Assembly: GCA_030445745.1 (NCBI GenBank)
Contig: JASUTE010000004.1
Coordinates: 88,173-152,172 of the forward strand
Length of the DNA: 64,000 nucleotides
Direction: 5' to 3'
DNA from: Candidatus Cloacimonadota bacterium
GTDB taxonomy: Bacteria; Cloacimonadota; Cloacimonadia; Cloacimonadales; TCS61
The notes under the pieces were generated by a model. That model ran no database searches and was not told the origin of the DNA. It worked only from the letters and a program-made list of their open reading frames with translations. Numbering within the stretch: the first letter of the stretch is position 1; each line of letters starts with the position of its first letter. A program made the position numbers and the translations under genes. Of the stretch, positions 27,651 to 37,395 are shown in pieces.

Positions 27651-28721
27651 TTATTCCTCCAATTTTTTCTTATTTCCCTCGATATCAATTTCATACCAGC
27701 CGGAACTGTCAATAAGTATTCCAGCTCCAGTGTTACCTTTTTTCAGGCCGGCATCAATAGGAATTATCTTTCCTTGGAAAATGGGAGTGATTTGTTCTTG
27801 AGTGGTGTGTCCTACAACTATTTTTTCTACCTTAAAATGAGACAGAGTGCTGTCGACCTGAGCTTGATTTATAGCTTTATAACGCCAACTGCTGCCAAAA
27901 TAACCACGATACCAAAAAGGGCCCTTGCTGTGCTGTAAATATTCTAAACTATCAGGCAGGTTCATTTGCACAGCTAGCTTATTTAGTTGGGAAATAGATA
28001 AATTTTGCCTATAAACTAGCGGGTGAATGCCGGCATGCACAAAGAGAATATTGTTTATTTTTATCGCATTAGGAAGTGTGTGTAGCCATTTTCCCAAAAT
28101 GCTGTTTGTTGCATAAAGCTGCGGATATTTTTTGTTGAGCAACTTGCAGGTTTTTGCCAAATATTTATCGTTCACATAACGCAGATCATTCTGCTGTATC
28201 ATTTTTTCATGATTCCCGCGAAGTAAGATAACACAGCCCCCGGCTTGACAAGCTTGATTACGCAGTTTGTAAAGTAGCCAAAAACTCTGGTTAACCTGTG
28301 CCCCTCTATCGAAAATATCACCAACCACAACTAACACCCCATCTGCGAAGCTCCAGTTAAAGTCATCATCGATAACGTGAGCTTCTTTTAATAATTTTTG
28401 CATAACTCCAAATTGACCATGCACATCGCTGAGGGCAAATATCTTACTAGCAGATAAGGAATCAACTTCAGGGAATTTAGTTTTTGCTATTTTTACTGGA
28501 TATGGTAAAATACTCTCGGAAAAGTTTACAGTATCGGCATAAACTTTATGGTACAAGCTATCGTTTTGAATAAAATAAACTTGTAGGCTATCGTTTTCCC
28601 AAAAAATATATGGGCCATCGTTCCAAGACTCTTTTGACCCATCTTGGGGAAAACTGATATAATTGTATGTTGCCCACAATAAACTACTTAAAAGGAAGAA
28701 AACGAAGATAACTTTCTTCAT
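27651..28721 (-). CDS. secreted calcineurin-like metallophosphoesterase
   Basis: Signal peptide present. Motifs ALSDVHG, GDIFDRG, GNHE and VHAG. Confidence 0.8.
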   Translation of the reverse strand: MKKVIFVFFLLSSLLWATYNYISFPQDGSKESWNDGPYIFWENDSLQVYFIQNDSLYHKVYADTVNFSESILPYPVKIAKTKFPEVDSLSASKIFALSDVHGQFGVMQKLLKEAHVIDDDFNWSFADGVLVVVGDIFDRGAQVNQSFWLLYKLRNQACQAGGCVILLRGNHEKMIQQNDLRYVNDKYLAKTCKLLNKKYPQLYATNSILGKWLHTLPNAIKINNILFVHAGIHPLVYRQNLSISQLNKLAVQMNLPDSLEYLQHSKGPFWYRGYFGSSWRYKAINQAQVDSTLSHFKVEKIVVGHTTQEQITPIFQGKIIPIDAGLKKGNTGAGILIDSSGWYEIDIEGNKKKLEE

Positions 28722-28722
28722 A

Positions 28723-29544
28723 CTAACATTTTCTCTTTTTCCTTTTTAAAAATAGCGAAATGAAATAAGCCATACCGCTTAAGATGATTATAGTAGCTCC
28801 AGTTGGTAGGTTAGCTGAATACGAAAGCACAATGCCACTTCCAGTGAATATAATTCCCAATACTGCAGCTATTAACATCATTGTTGCTGGGCTTCTGCTG
28901 AAAAGAAATGCGATAGCAGCGGGTAGAGTTAAAAGTGCTATCACCAATATTATGCCAACAATTTGAATTAGTACCACTATAGTAAGTGCAATTAGAATAA
29001 GTAGAAAGATGTAAAGTAAATTAACCTTCAAACCGCTGATACGTGCATATTTTTCATCAAAAGCGATTGCTATAAACTGACGATAGAAGACAAAAATGCT
29101 GCCAATAATTACTAAATTCAAAATTAACAGGACCCATAAATCGGAACGTGTAACTAACAAAATATTTCCAAATAGGTAGGTCATCAAATCGCTTTTATAA
29201 CCAGGAGTAAGATACATGAAGATTAGTCCTAAAGCCATACCAACAGCCCACAAAGCTCCAATCACTGTATCTTCGTGCTGTGCTCCTTTTAGCTTTATAA
29301 GTCCAATAATTACAGCAGCCAAGATGGCGAATACAAAGGCACCGATAAGGGGCTCGATTCCCAAATAATAAGCAATGCCTATACCACCTAAAACAGTATG
29401 TGCAATACCGCCGCTGATAAATGTGATGCGTTTTATAATGACAAAAGTACCAGTAATTCCACAGACTATGCTAGCCAGAATACCTGCTATGATGGCATTT
29501 TGCAAAAAAGCATGATTTAAAAACGAGTAGAAAAATTCTGCCAT
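28723..29544 (-). CDS. znuB: zinc/manganese ABC transporter permease
   Basis: 273-aa polytopic ABC-3 family permease, positioned in the znuA-znuC-znuB series. Confidence 0.85.
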   Translation of the reverse strand: MAEFFYSFLNHAFLQNAIIAGILASIVCGITGTFVIIKRITFISGGIAHTVLGGIGIAYYLGIEPLIGAFVFAILAAVIIGLIKLKGAQHEDTVIGALWAVGMALGLIFMYLTPGYKSDLMTYLFGNILLVTRSDLWVLLILNLVIIGSIFVFYRQFIAIAFDEKYARISGLKVNLLYIFLLILIALTIVVLIQIVGIILVIALLTLPAAIAFLFSRSPATMMLIAAVLGIIFTGSGIVLSYSANLPTGATIIILSGMAYFISLFLKRKKRKC

Positions 29545-29553
29545 AAAATCTCC

Positions 29554-30285
29554 TTACAAATTACAACCGTGTTCCAAAGCTTTTATAGAACCCATATAAG
29601 CTTGTTGCAGTTTTTCACCTTTAATATCTTTCGTATAATGCGTGCAACTACGCACATTTAAACAGGTTACTTTGTTTACATAGGAAGAAACAAAAGCGAT
29701 GTCGTGAGAAACAAGTAAAATAGTAGTATTTTTGTTTAATTCTTCCAAGGTGTCGTAGATATCTTTTTCTATGGAAGAATCGATAGAGGCGGTGGGTTCA
29801 TCCAGCAGCAAAATTTTGGGATCTGTCATTAGAGCACGGGCAATAAGGGTACGCTGTTTCTGTCCGCCGGAAAGTTCACCCAGCCTTTTTTCAGCTATAT
29901 TTTCTATTTGGAGTTTTTTCAAGAGAGCAATTGCTTTTTTTTGTGCACGTTGTGGGTATTTAGGAAAGAAAGAATTGTTTTGTAAACAGCTCATCATTAC
30001 TACTTCTTTTACTTTAATGGGAAAATCGGAATCGAATTGGGCATATTGTGGTACATATCCTATATGACGACGTGCTTTTTGTGGGGTAGTACCTAAAATT
30101 TCTATCTTACCGCTATCTGGTTGCAAAAAGCCCAAAATTATTTTCAGTAAAGTTGTTTTGCCGCCTCCGTTTGGACCCAAAATAGCCATAAAATCATTTT
30201 CTTCTACTTCCAAATTGATATTTTTCAAGGAAGGTTGAAAGTCATAGCTATAAGATAGATTTTCTATTTTTATTATTTTATTCAT
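29554..30285 (-). CDS. znuC: zinc ABC transporter ATP-binding protein
   Basis: Walker A GPNGGGKTT, signature LSGGQKQR, Walker B LLLDEP. Confidence 0.88.
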   Translation of the reverse strand: MNKIIKIENLSYSYDFQPSLKNINLEVEENDFMAILGPNGGGKTTLLKIILGFLQPDSGKIEILGTTPQKARRHIGYVPQYAQFDSDFPIKVKEVVMMSCLQNNSFFPKYPQRAQKKAIALLKKLQIENIAEKRLGELSGGQKQRTLIARALMTDPKILLLDEPTASIDSSIEKDIYDTLEELNKNTTILLVSHDIAFVSSYVNKVTCLNVRSCTHYTKDIKGEKLQQAYMGSIKALEHGCNL

Positions 30286-31147
30286 TCAATGCCTTTCTCA
30301 GTTGTTGTGCTACCTGTAGTAAATTTTCGGAATAATTAGGTGCTAAGGGATCGATAGAGACCGCTGTGCCACCTATTTGTTCTGCTATCGATTTAGCAAT
30401 AGCTCTGTTAAACTGCTTTTGTATGAAAATGGTTTTTATTTGGTGCTGGTTTGCGAAATCTATTATAGCAGCTAACTCCTTGGAATTTGGGGATTTTCCT
30501 TCCATTTCAATAGGTATTTGGGTTAAATCAAACTCTTCAGCAAAGTAGCCCCAAGAGGGGTGAAAAACCAAAAATTTTCGATTAGGTAGATCTTTTAAAA
30601 TTATGGCAATTTGTTCATGCAGGTTTTGTAGTTCATTTTGGAAACTGCTTAAGTTATTCTGTATTTTTTGTTTATGGTTAGGAAATTGTTTCACAAGCTC
30701 ATTAGCTATATTCTCAGCTTGTTTTTTTACCAAGAGTGGGCTAAGCCAAATATGCGGATCTTGGGTATGTGAAGCGTGATGCTGTTTTGTATCAGCAAGC
30801 AAGTGAGTTTGCATATCTCGCAGTTTGATACCAGCGCGGGTATCAACAATTTTAAGATTGGGATTGGTTTGTTTTATTTTTGGCAGCCAGGCTTTTTCGA
30901 AAGGAACCCCAATTCTGAAAAAAAGAAGCGCATCTGCTAGTTTAGCCATTTGTTTGGGGGTTACTTCATAGGTAGCAGGGTTTGCACCAGGTTGCACCAT
31001 TACCTCTATCTCTACCAAATCTTGTGCCAACTTCTCTACAAAATATTTTTGGGGTAAAATACTAACGAAAACTGTATTTTGGGCATTTTGTGTACTACAG
31101 GAAAATAGAATACCAAATAACACTACTATCAAGCATATTTTCTTCAC
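30278..31147 (-). CDS. znuA: zinc ABC transporter substrate-binding lipoprotein (cluster A-I, ZnuA type)
   Basis: Lipobox ILFSC. TroA/ZnuA fold pattern (DPHIWLSP) plus the His-rich loop HLLADTKQHHASHTQDPH typical of Zn-specific ZnuA. Confidence 0.85.
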   Translation of the reverse strand: MKKICLIVVLFGILFSCSTQNAQNTVFVSILPQKYFVEKLAQDLVEIEVMVQPGANPATYEVTPKQMAKLADALLFFRIGVPFEKAWLPKIKQTNPNLKIVDTRAGIKLRDMQTHLLADTKQHHASHTQDPHIWLSPLLVKKQAENIANELVKQFPNHKQKIQNNLSSFQNELQNLHEQIAIILKDLPNRKFLVFHPSWGYFAEEFDLTQIPIEMEGKSPNSKELAAIIDFANQHQIKTIFIQKQFNRAIAKSIAEQIGGTAVSIDPLAPNYSENLLQVAQQLRKALNE

Positions 31148-31515
31148 TTTTGGCTCTCCCGCTCTTGTAACATTTTTTCTCCAGAATCTATTGTAGTAAT
31201 TGCATCAGCAATCTGAACAATTCCTACTTTCCCATCAACTGTACACAAAACATTTTTCTCTAGTTGGAAAGTTGTGGAAAATTCATTAATATCCAATTGA
31301 ACAGCTGCTGGTTTTAGTTGCTTAAGTTCATCATAATTGTCTATAACTGCAGCTTTTATGATATATATGGAGTCACCTTTAGCAATTTGTATTTCAGATT
31401 CACAGCTACTTAATAGTTTGCCTTCGATTTTTTCTTGATTTAGTAAAATTGCTGTGACAGCATTTAATTGGATAAAAAATATTATAATTAATAACCAACT
31501 AGCAAATTTTTTCAT
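31144..31515 (-). CDS. hypothetical secreted protein, first gene of the znu transcription unit
   Basis: 123 aa with a signal peptide (MKKFASWLLIIIFFIQLNA). 4-nt overlap with the znuA start. No family recognised. Confidence 0.4.
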   Translation of the reverse strand: MKKFASWLLIIIFFIQLNAVTAILLNQEKIEGKLLSSCESEIQIAKGDSIYIIKAAVIDNYDELKQLKPAAVQLDINEFSTTFQLEKNVLCTVDGKVGIVQIADAITTIDSGEKMLQERESQK

Positions 31516-31564
31516 ATCAACCCTTCTAAACTTCTAATATAAAAGATAAAATTATTTAAAATTT

Positions 31565-31582
31565 TACAAGCAAAATCTTGTA
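31565..31582. promoter_or_regulatory. 6-6-6 palindrome upstream of the znu unit (candidate operator)
   Basis: TACAAG-caaaat-CTTGTA, about 50 nt upstream of the 31515 start. It does not match the classical Zur box, so its function is speculative. Confidence 0.2.
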
Positions 31583-31590
31583 TCTGAGCT

Positions 31591-32337
31591 TCAGCTCAAA
31601 TTTGGGTATTCAACATTTTGCAAATATAATCCTTGGGGAGGAGCGGTGGAGATTAAGTTACTTTGGGGAGATCGAGCTGCTAGCAACTCTGTTATTATGC
31701 TTATTTCTTGTTCTTTATGGGAAATATTTACCAAGGTGCCAACTACACGGCGTACCATGTTATGCAAAAATCTATTAGCTTCTATCTGCAGAGTTATGGT
31801 ATCAGTATTTTCATAGCAGTTGAAATTATAAATTTCGCAGATTTGGGTTTTTACATCCGGATTAAATTTGCTAAAGGCGGTAAAATCATGTTTACCTAAG
31901 AAAAGTTGTGCCGCTTGATCGATAATAGAAATATTCAAGTTTTTTTTGGGAAAATAACTCTGGTAGAAGCGATTGAAAGGTGTTCGTTTTTTGGTAATGA
32001 TGTATAAATAAGTTCGTTTGCTAGCATCGTAACGCGCATGAAAATCTGCTGGTACTTCCCAAATTTGTTTTATCAAAATATCCTCTGGCAAAAGTGAATT
32101 TAATGCTGCCACTATTTGTTTGGGTTGCATGGAAATGGGAAAATCGAAATGCGCATATTGGTTAAGGGCATGTACTCTAGCATCGGTACGTCCACTTCCC
32201 ACAATTGGTGTGGTTTGTTTGGCTATTTTAGATAGAGTAGGTTCCAAAACTTGTTGCACTGTGCGTACTTGAGGCTGAGTTTGCCAACCGCTAAAAAAAG
32301 TACCGTCATAACTCAATTGCATCAAAAAACGCTTCAT
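31591..32337 (-). CDS. truA: tRNA pseudouridine(38-40) synthase TruA
   Basis: YDGTFFSGWQ.Q and the catalytic GSGRTDARVHA motif. The probable start is MKRF at 32337 (ATGA overlap with the upstream gene). Confidence 0.9.
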   Translation of the reverse strand: MKRFLMQLSYDGTFFSGWQTQPQVRTVQQVLEPTLSKIAKQTTPIVGSGRTDARVHALNQYAHFDFPISMQPKQIVAALNSLLPEDILIKQIWEVPADFHARYDASKRTYLYIITKKRTPFNRFYQSYFPKKNLNISIIDQAAQLFLGKHDFTAFSKFNPDVKTQICEIYNFNCYENTDTITLQIEANRFLHNMVRRVVGTLVNISHKEQEISIITELLAARSPQSNLISTAPPQGLYLQNVEYPNLS

Positions 32338-32948
32338 AGATATTTCCAACTAACTAAGTTTAGAAGCAGAATATAAAAGAGCAAGATAAAATTAGCACTA
32401 TTTGCTATACTCCTAATAGGCAGAGGTTCTGCCAATTTGGCCTCAATTTTCTTTACTATTGAAGGTGAATCCTGAGCAGTTTTGGTAATAGCTTGCAGTG
32501 CAGAATGAAAAATATCACTTTTTATCTGACGAAAATTATTTATAAATGCTGGTATAAACTCCACAGTAGCGGAAATGTAAAGTACAAAAGCAGATTTTTT
32601 GCCAAAGATTGGGGCAATATCTGCTAAGAAGTTATGAAGACTGGTAGTGTGAATAAGATAAACTGAAACCATGACTAAAATTAAAATCTTGGTAGCTGTT
32701 TGTAGTTGAGAAATAAAATCTGAGTCGAACAATATTCCTAACAGAAAAAAAGCTATAAAAAACGGAACCAACTTGAGGCTGGTTCGGAGCCAGGCGATAA
32801 TTAGTGTTGGCTGTAACAGAAAAAAAATAAATTGTGCTATCAGCAAATAACCGATGAATTCAAAACTTGCATGAAATAAATAGAATATTACCGAAATCAA
32901 CAGTAGAAGTTTGAGTAAAAGGTGCTGTTTGGAAAATAAATTATTCAT
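32334..32948 (-). CDS. hypothetical polytopic membrane protein
   Basis: 204 aa with about 5 hydrophobic helices. No family confidently recognised. Confidence 0.4.
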   Translation of the reverse strand: MNNLFSKQHLLLKLLLLISVIFYLFHASFEFIGYLLIAQFIFFLLQPTLIIAWLRTSLKLVPFFIAFFLLGILFDSDFISQLQTATKILILVMVSVYLIHTTSLHNFLADIAPIFGKKSAFVLYISATVEFIPAFINNFRQIKSDIFHSALQAITKTAQDSPSIVKKIEAKLAEPLPIRSIANSANFILLFYILLLNLVSWKYL

Positions 32949-35208
32949 TTTGATTTGGTTTGGTTGTAGGAAGGGGAAGATTGTTTTCCGAATTGCCCAG
33001 AGTATCTGCTATTGCGGGGTTCAATGTGTTAATACTGTCTGGCTTTTGGATTTTTACACTATCGGAATATAACTTGGTGCTATCTTGTAACGCACTTAAA
33101 TTTTTAGCAGTTGCATTCATGCTATCTACCACGGTTTTAGTGCTATCTAGCATTACTTTAGCGCTATCGCTAGCAGCTTGTTCTGCTGCCATTGCCTCTT
33201 TAATTGCCTGCAGGCGATCTTCTTTTATAAATTTTTTGCCATCAAAGAATTTTTGCACTTCATCTTTCCACTCGCTGTCTTCCATGGCTAATATCTGTTT
33301 CCAATATGGTTTAGCCGCCAAAGTATCTTCTCGGATGAAATATTGGATATGCCCCAAAGCATACAGCGCTTTTTGATAAAATCTGTGGGTTGAATCGCTG
33401 GCAATGTTTTCCAATAGTTCTATGGTTTTGGAATAGTTTTCTTCTAAATGTTGCATAGCTTGGTGATATTCGTTTAGCTGTTGCTCTTCCTCTGTTCCAA
33501 ACTCAATTTTCTGGTTATTCAAAAGTTGTCGGCAGGCCCTAGTGTATTTGTTTTCAGGATAATTCTGTTCTAAATATCTGGTAAGGCTATCGGCAGTAGT
33601 GCTATCGTGTTTCACCTTATCATAGATCCAAACTTTTAGAAAATTAGCATGGGGGATACATATATCTTGATAAATTTTATACTCTTTTTGTTTTTGTGAA
33701 ATTTGGTTTTGTAACTCTGTGAATTTAGTTTGTAAGGAATCTATTACTGCATTTTTGCGAGCAACAGAATCGCTAGCAGCGGTTGTGGAATCTATCTTTA
33801 CTGAATCAGCCGGTAAAGAGTTCAAGCTATCTTGTGTTAGTGTAAAGGAAAGTGTATCAATATACACCTCTGTAGAATCTTCAGGCAAGATAACGCTGGA
33901 ATCTGCTACTACTGTGGTCAAGGTGGAATCTGAACTGATGGTTTCTGTTAGGAAGGGATGAGCCAAATGTAAACTATCCAACTGTGCTTGCAAGGAGTCT
34001 AATTCAGCACCTATTAATTCCTTACGTTGAATGATATCATTATAGACAACCAAAGCAGAATCTGGTTGCTGCAAATTCTGCAAATAGAATTCTGCCAGCT
34101 TAAACTGTTGGTCGACTAAAGTTTCGATATCAAGAGTTCTATCTGGGTGGTAATATTGAATAATTTGGCTTGCCACCGAGCTTTTGGAAACTGCTTTTTC
34201 TACAAATTCCGAGTTTCTATCTTGATTTTGCACTTGATTATATTTTTCGATAGCAGCTTCATAATCATGTGTGATTTGGAAGTGCATCTCGCCCCAGTAA
34301 AAATAGGCCTGTGCAGCTACTTTACTGCGTTTATTTTCGTCTATTATTTTTTGGAAAAGTTCTGCTGCTTTTTCGGTTTTCTTCAGGTTTGCCAAACTGC
34401 GGGCAATTAAGAGTTCAATTTTGGGAAAATTAGCAGGGTCAACTTCATCTTTTAAAAGTTCGCGACTTTCTTGCAAAGCTTGGTCGTAATTTTTTAACTC
34501 TAACTGGTTCAAAGCAAGGTAATAGCGAGCATCTAATTTGGTTCTTTTGCTTACTTTGCTATTAATTAACTCGGTAAAGGTATCGCGGGAGCGCTGGTAT
34601 TTTTCCTCTTCCCAATATAATTTTCCTAAATTAAAGAAAGCTTGTTCAAATTCATCCGATTTTGGAAATTTATTAACAATATTATTCAAATAATATTCTG
34701 CTTGCAAATAATTTTCATCATCTTTGTAATATTGAGCCAGTGTGAGTAATATTTGTGGATGGATCTCTTTGAACTCTTTTTTTTGTAATAATTCTTTTAG
34801 CTCTTCAATAGCCTGAGTTTTTTTATTCATCTGGTAATGGCTTTTAGCTAAAAACAGATGTGCTTCTTCGTAAAATTCACTTTCAGGGTAAAATTTAATA
34901 AGTTCTTCGAATTTTTCTATAGCCTGTACATAACCGCGTCCTTTATAATAGAAAGCTTTTCCCATCAACATCAGAGCATCATCGGCATATTTACTATCTT
35001 TGTAATCGGTTAAGATTATCCCACATTTTTTTATAACTTGATTGTATTTGCCAATAGCATTAGAATTTGCCCTGCCGTCATCTCGGCGCGGCATTTCGCT
35101 GGCTTCTTTATAAAGTTTTTTGGCATTGTAAAAAGTGTTGTAGTAGGCATTGAAGTTGGTACAGGAAAAAATAGCAAATATAAGCAACAGGGGAAAATAT
35201 TTTTTCAT
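32941..35208 (-). CDS. TPR-repeat lipoprotein with Asp-Ser-rich low-complexity regions
   Basis: Lipobox IFSC. There are many TPR-like A..Y/F..A repeats in the N-terminal 400 aa, and DS-rich degenerate repeats in the central and C-terminal parts. Confidence 0.7.
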   Translation of the reverse strand: MKKYFPLLLIFAIFSCTNFNAYYNTFYNAKKLYKEASEMPRRDDGRANSNAIGKYNQVIKKCGIILTDYKDSKYADDALMLMGKAFYYKGRGYVQAIEKFEELIKFYPESEFYEEAHLFLAKSHYQMNKKTQAIEELKELLQKKEFKEIHPQILLTLAQYYKDDENYLQAEYYLNNIVNKFPKSDEFEQAFFNLGKLYWEEEKYQRSRDTFTELINSKVSKRTKLDARYYLALNQLELKNYDQALQESRELLKDEVDPANFPKIELLIARSLANLKKTEKAAELFQKIIDENKRSKVAAQAYFYWGEMHFQITHDYEAAIEKYNQVQNQDRNSEFVEKAVSKSSVASQIIQYYHPDRTLDIETLVDQQFKLAEFYLQNLQQPDSALVVYNDIIQRKELIGAELDSLQAQLDSLHLAHPFLTETISSDSTLTTVVADSSVILPEDSTEVYIDTLSFTLTQDSLNSLPADSVKIDSTTAASDSVARKNAVIDSLQTKFTELQNQISQKQKEYKIYQDICIPHANFLKVWIYDKVKHDSTTADSLTRYLEQNYPENKYTRACRQLLNNQKIEFGTEEEQQLNEYHQAMQHLEENYSKTIELLENIASDSTHRFYQKALYALGHIQYFIREDTLAAKPYWKQILAMEDSEWKDEVQKFFDGKKFIKEDRLQAIKEAMAAEQAASDSAKVMLDSTKTVVDSMNATAKNLSALQDSTKLYSDSVKIQKPDSINTLNPAIADTLGNSENNLPLPTTKPNQNE

Positions 35209-35209
35209 T

Positions 35210-36727
35210 TTATTGCAGGGTAATTATCTTGTTAAGTTTAGCTAATAGTTCTTCCGATTCTATATAATTTTTTGCTTTATGAATATCTTCGGTTATAATA
35301 CGGTCTTTTTCCAAAGGCAAAATCTGGCTTCTGACCTCTTTTTTTAATTTTTCAATAAAATTGGAGCTTTTAAAGTTGCGGTAGTCTAGCGCTTGCAAGG
35401 CTGCCATTAATTCAATTCCCAATACATATGCAACGTTGGAAATCACATTGCGGGCTTTTACAGCACCTATAGTTCCCATGCTTACATGATCTTCCTGATT
35501 AGCCGAAGTGGGAATGGAATCAACACTCGCTGGATGTGCTAACACTTTATTTTCCGAAACCAGAGAAGCGCTGGTAAGTTGTGCTATCATAAACCCGGAA
35601 TCTAAACCAGGGCGGGCAGCTAGGAATGGTTTTAAATCGCGATTTAAGGCTGGATTTAAAAGCTGCTCAGTACGCCTTTCTGAAATATTAGCCAATTCTG
35701 CTACTGCAATAGCCAAACTATCTGCTGCAATAGCTACAGGCTCACCATGAAAGTTACCGCCAGAAATTACCTTGTCTTCATCAGGAAAGATTAAAGGATT
35801 ATCGGTGGTAGAGTTGAGTTCGATAGTAAGAACGTTGCGTACATAGCTCAAAGCTTCGCGTACAGCTCCATGTACCTGGGGAGTGCAGCGCAAACTGTAT
35901 GCATCTTGCACATTCTTACAATTTCGATGTGACTCTCGTAATGGACTATTTTTTAAAATATTATACAGATTAGCTGCAGATTTTTTTTGGCCTGGGTAGG
36001 GACGCAAATTATGAATTAACGGATCGAAAGCAGCTGGAGTTCCTAAAAGAGCATCTACACTAGCTGCAGCGCAAACATCTGCCATTTGAGTTAGGTGTTC
36101 TGCCTTTAACAAAGCCAAAGCAGCAATTCCTGTCATTACTTGAGTGCCATTATTCAAAGCAAGTCCTTCTTTAGCCTTTAATTTTATCGGTTTTAAGCCA
36201 GCTTGGGCCATTGCTTCTGCCCCAGGCATTATTTTGCCTTGATATTCTGCTTCACCCTTTCCCAATAGAACCAAAGCTAAATGAGAAAGCGGTGCCAAAT
36301 CGCCACTAGCACCTACAGAACCCTTTTCTGGAATGCAGGGATGAATTTGCATATTTAACATATCTATAAGAGTTTGCAAGGTTTGTAAACGAATCCCAGA
36401 ATGTCCCTTTGCTAAAACATTTATGCGTAATAGCATAATAGCTCTGACTTCTTCTTTAGGTAATAAATTTCCAACACCAGTTGCATGACTCAAGATCAGG
36501 TTTTGCTGAAGTTCGTCTATTTGATCAGGTGGAATTTTTATGGAAGCAAATTTGCCAAATCCGGTGGTTAAACCGTAAACAGTTTTATTTTCAGCTATTA
36601 TTTTTTCTATATATTTGCGGCATTTTGTCACTTTCTGTTGGGAAGCTTCACTTAATTCTATTTTTTCATCTTCGCAAGCAACTTTTTTTAATTCTTCTAA
36701 AGTTAAATTATATCCATCTATTTTCAA
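35210..36727 (-). CDS. hutH: histidine ammonia-lyase
   Basis: 505 aa with the MIO-forming motif GSVGASGDLAPLSHLA and overall HAL/PAL family conservation. Confidence 0.93.
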   Translation of the reverse strand: MKIDGYNLTLEELKKVACEDEKIELSEASQQKVTKCRKYIEKIIAENKTVYGLTTGFGKFASIKIPPDQIDELQQNLILSHATGVGNLLPKEEVRAIMLLRINVLAKGHSGIRLQTLQTLIDMLNMQIHPCIPEKGSVGASGDLAPLSHLALVLLGKGEAEYQGKIMPGAEAMAQAGLKPIKLKAKEGLALNNGTQVMTGIAALALLKAEHLTQMADVCAAASVDALLGTPAAFDPLIHNLRPYPGQKKSAANLYNILKNSPLRESHRNCKNVQDAYSLRCTPQVHGAVREALSYVRNVLTIELNSTTDNPLIFPDEDKVISGGNFHGEPVAIAADSLAIAVAELANISERRTEQLLNPALNRDLKPFLAARPGLDSGFMIAQLTSASLVSENKVLAHPASVDSIPTSANQEDHVSMGTIGAVKARNVISNVAYVLGIELMAALQALDYRNFKSSNFIEKLKKEVRSQILPLEKDRIITEDIHKAKNYIESEELLAKLNKIITLQ

Positions 36728-36738
36728 TTTCTACTCCA

Positions 36739-37395
36739 TTAAAATCTATAATTAAATGTAAGCAGCGGGTTCAGCTGTTTGTTTACTTTTACTTTAACAT
36801 CTACTTCAGTTTGGAGTGCACTTATTCGTAGAGAATTTATAACACTAATAATATGATTTGCTACTATTGCTCCGCTAAAAACCTTGGCGTAATCATCGAA
36901 TTCAAGGCTTCTTTTTTGCAAAATTTTATAATCATGTTGGCGCTCATCAGATTCCCATTTCCAAAAATGAGATTCTGAATAGATATGTTCATCAATAAAT
37001 TGCTGTCGTTCCTCCGGATCTTCAATACTTTCAGCCTGTAGGATGATATTGGCATTGTATCCGCCGGTTTCAAAACCGTAGCTATCATAGTTTTTCAAAT
37101 CGATCCAGAAATCTTGGCTATAATTACCTTGGGGATCTACGTCAGCGTAACGATAAGCGTAATCGTGTGCTGCAGATATTTTCAGGTCAGATTCTTGGGC
37201 AAAGTAGAGTTGCGCCGACCAAAGCAGTATTTCGGAAGCAATAAAAGCGTAACCAGTATTATTGCCCATGGAAATTTCGCCCCAACCTGGCAATATAGCC
37301 GATTTCAAGACATTTATTTTACTATGTTGAGCAGTTAAATTAGTTGTAAATAACAGTAAAAGGGTAATGATGAGTAATTTAGAAATTAATTTCAT
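36739..37395 (-). CDS. envelope protein, paralog 3 of a tandem triplet (PGxG-helix family, DUF5683-like)
   Basis: Signal peptide, ILPGWGEISMGN...EILLWSAQLY, an acidic/aromatic middle (FWKWESDERQHDY), ANHIISVINSLR, and a C-terminal ...LLTFNYRF. Confidence 0.5.
   Translation of the reverse strand: MKLISKLLIITLLLLFTTNLTAQHSKINVLKSAILPGWGEISMGNNTGYAFIASEILLWSAQLYFAQESDLKISAAHDYAYRYADVDPQGNYSQDFWIDLKNYDSYGFETGGYNANIILQAESIEDPEERQQFIDEHIYSESHFWKWESDERQHDYKILQKRSLEFDDYAKVFSGAIVANHIISVINSLRISALQTEVDVKVKVNKQLNPLLTFNYRF

Noticed and set aside
31583-31598. The small hairpin TGAGCTtcAGCTCA downstream of truA.
   Set aside because: The stem is very short, the loop is minimal and no U-tract follows on the minus strand. 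It cannot be supported as a terminator.
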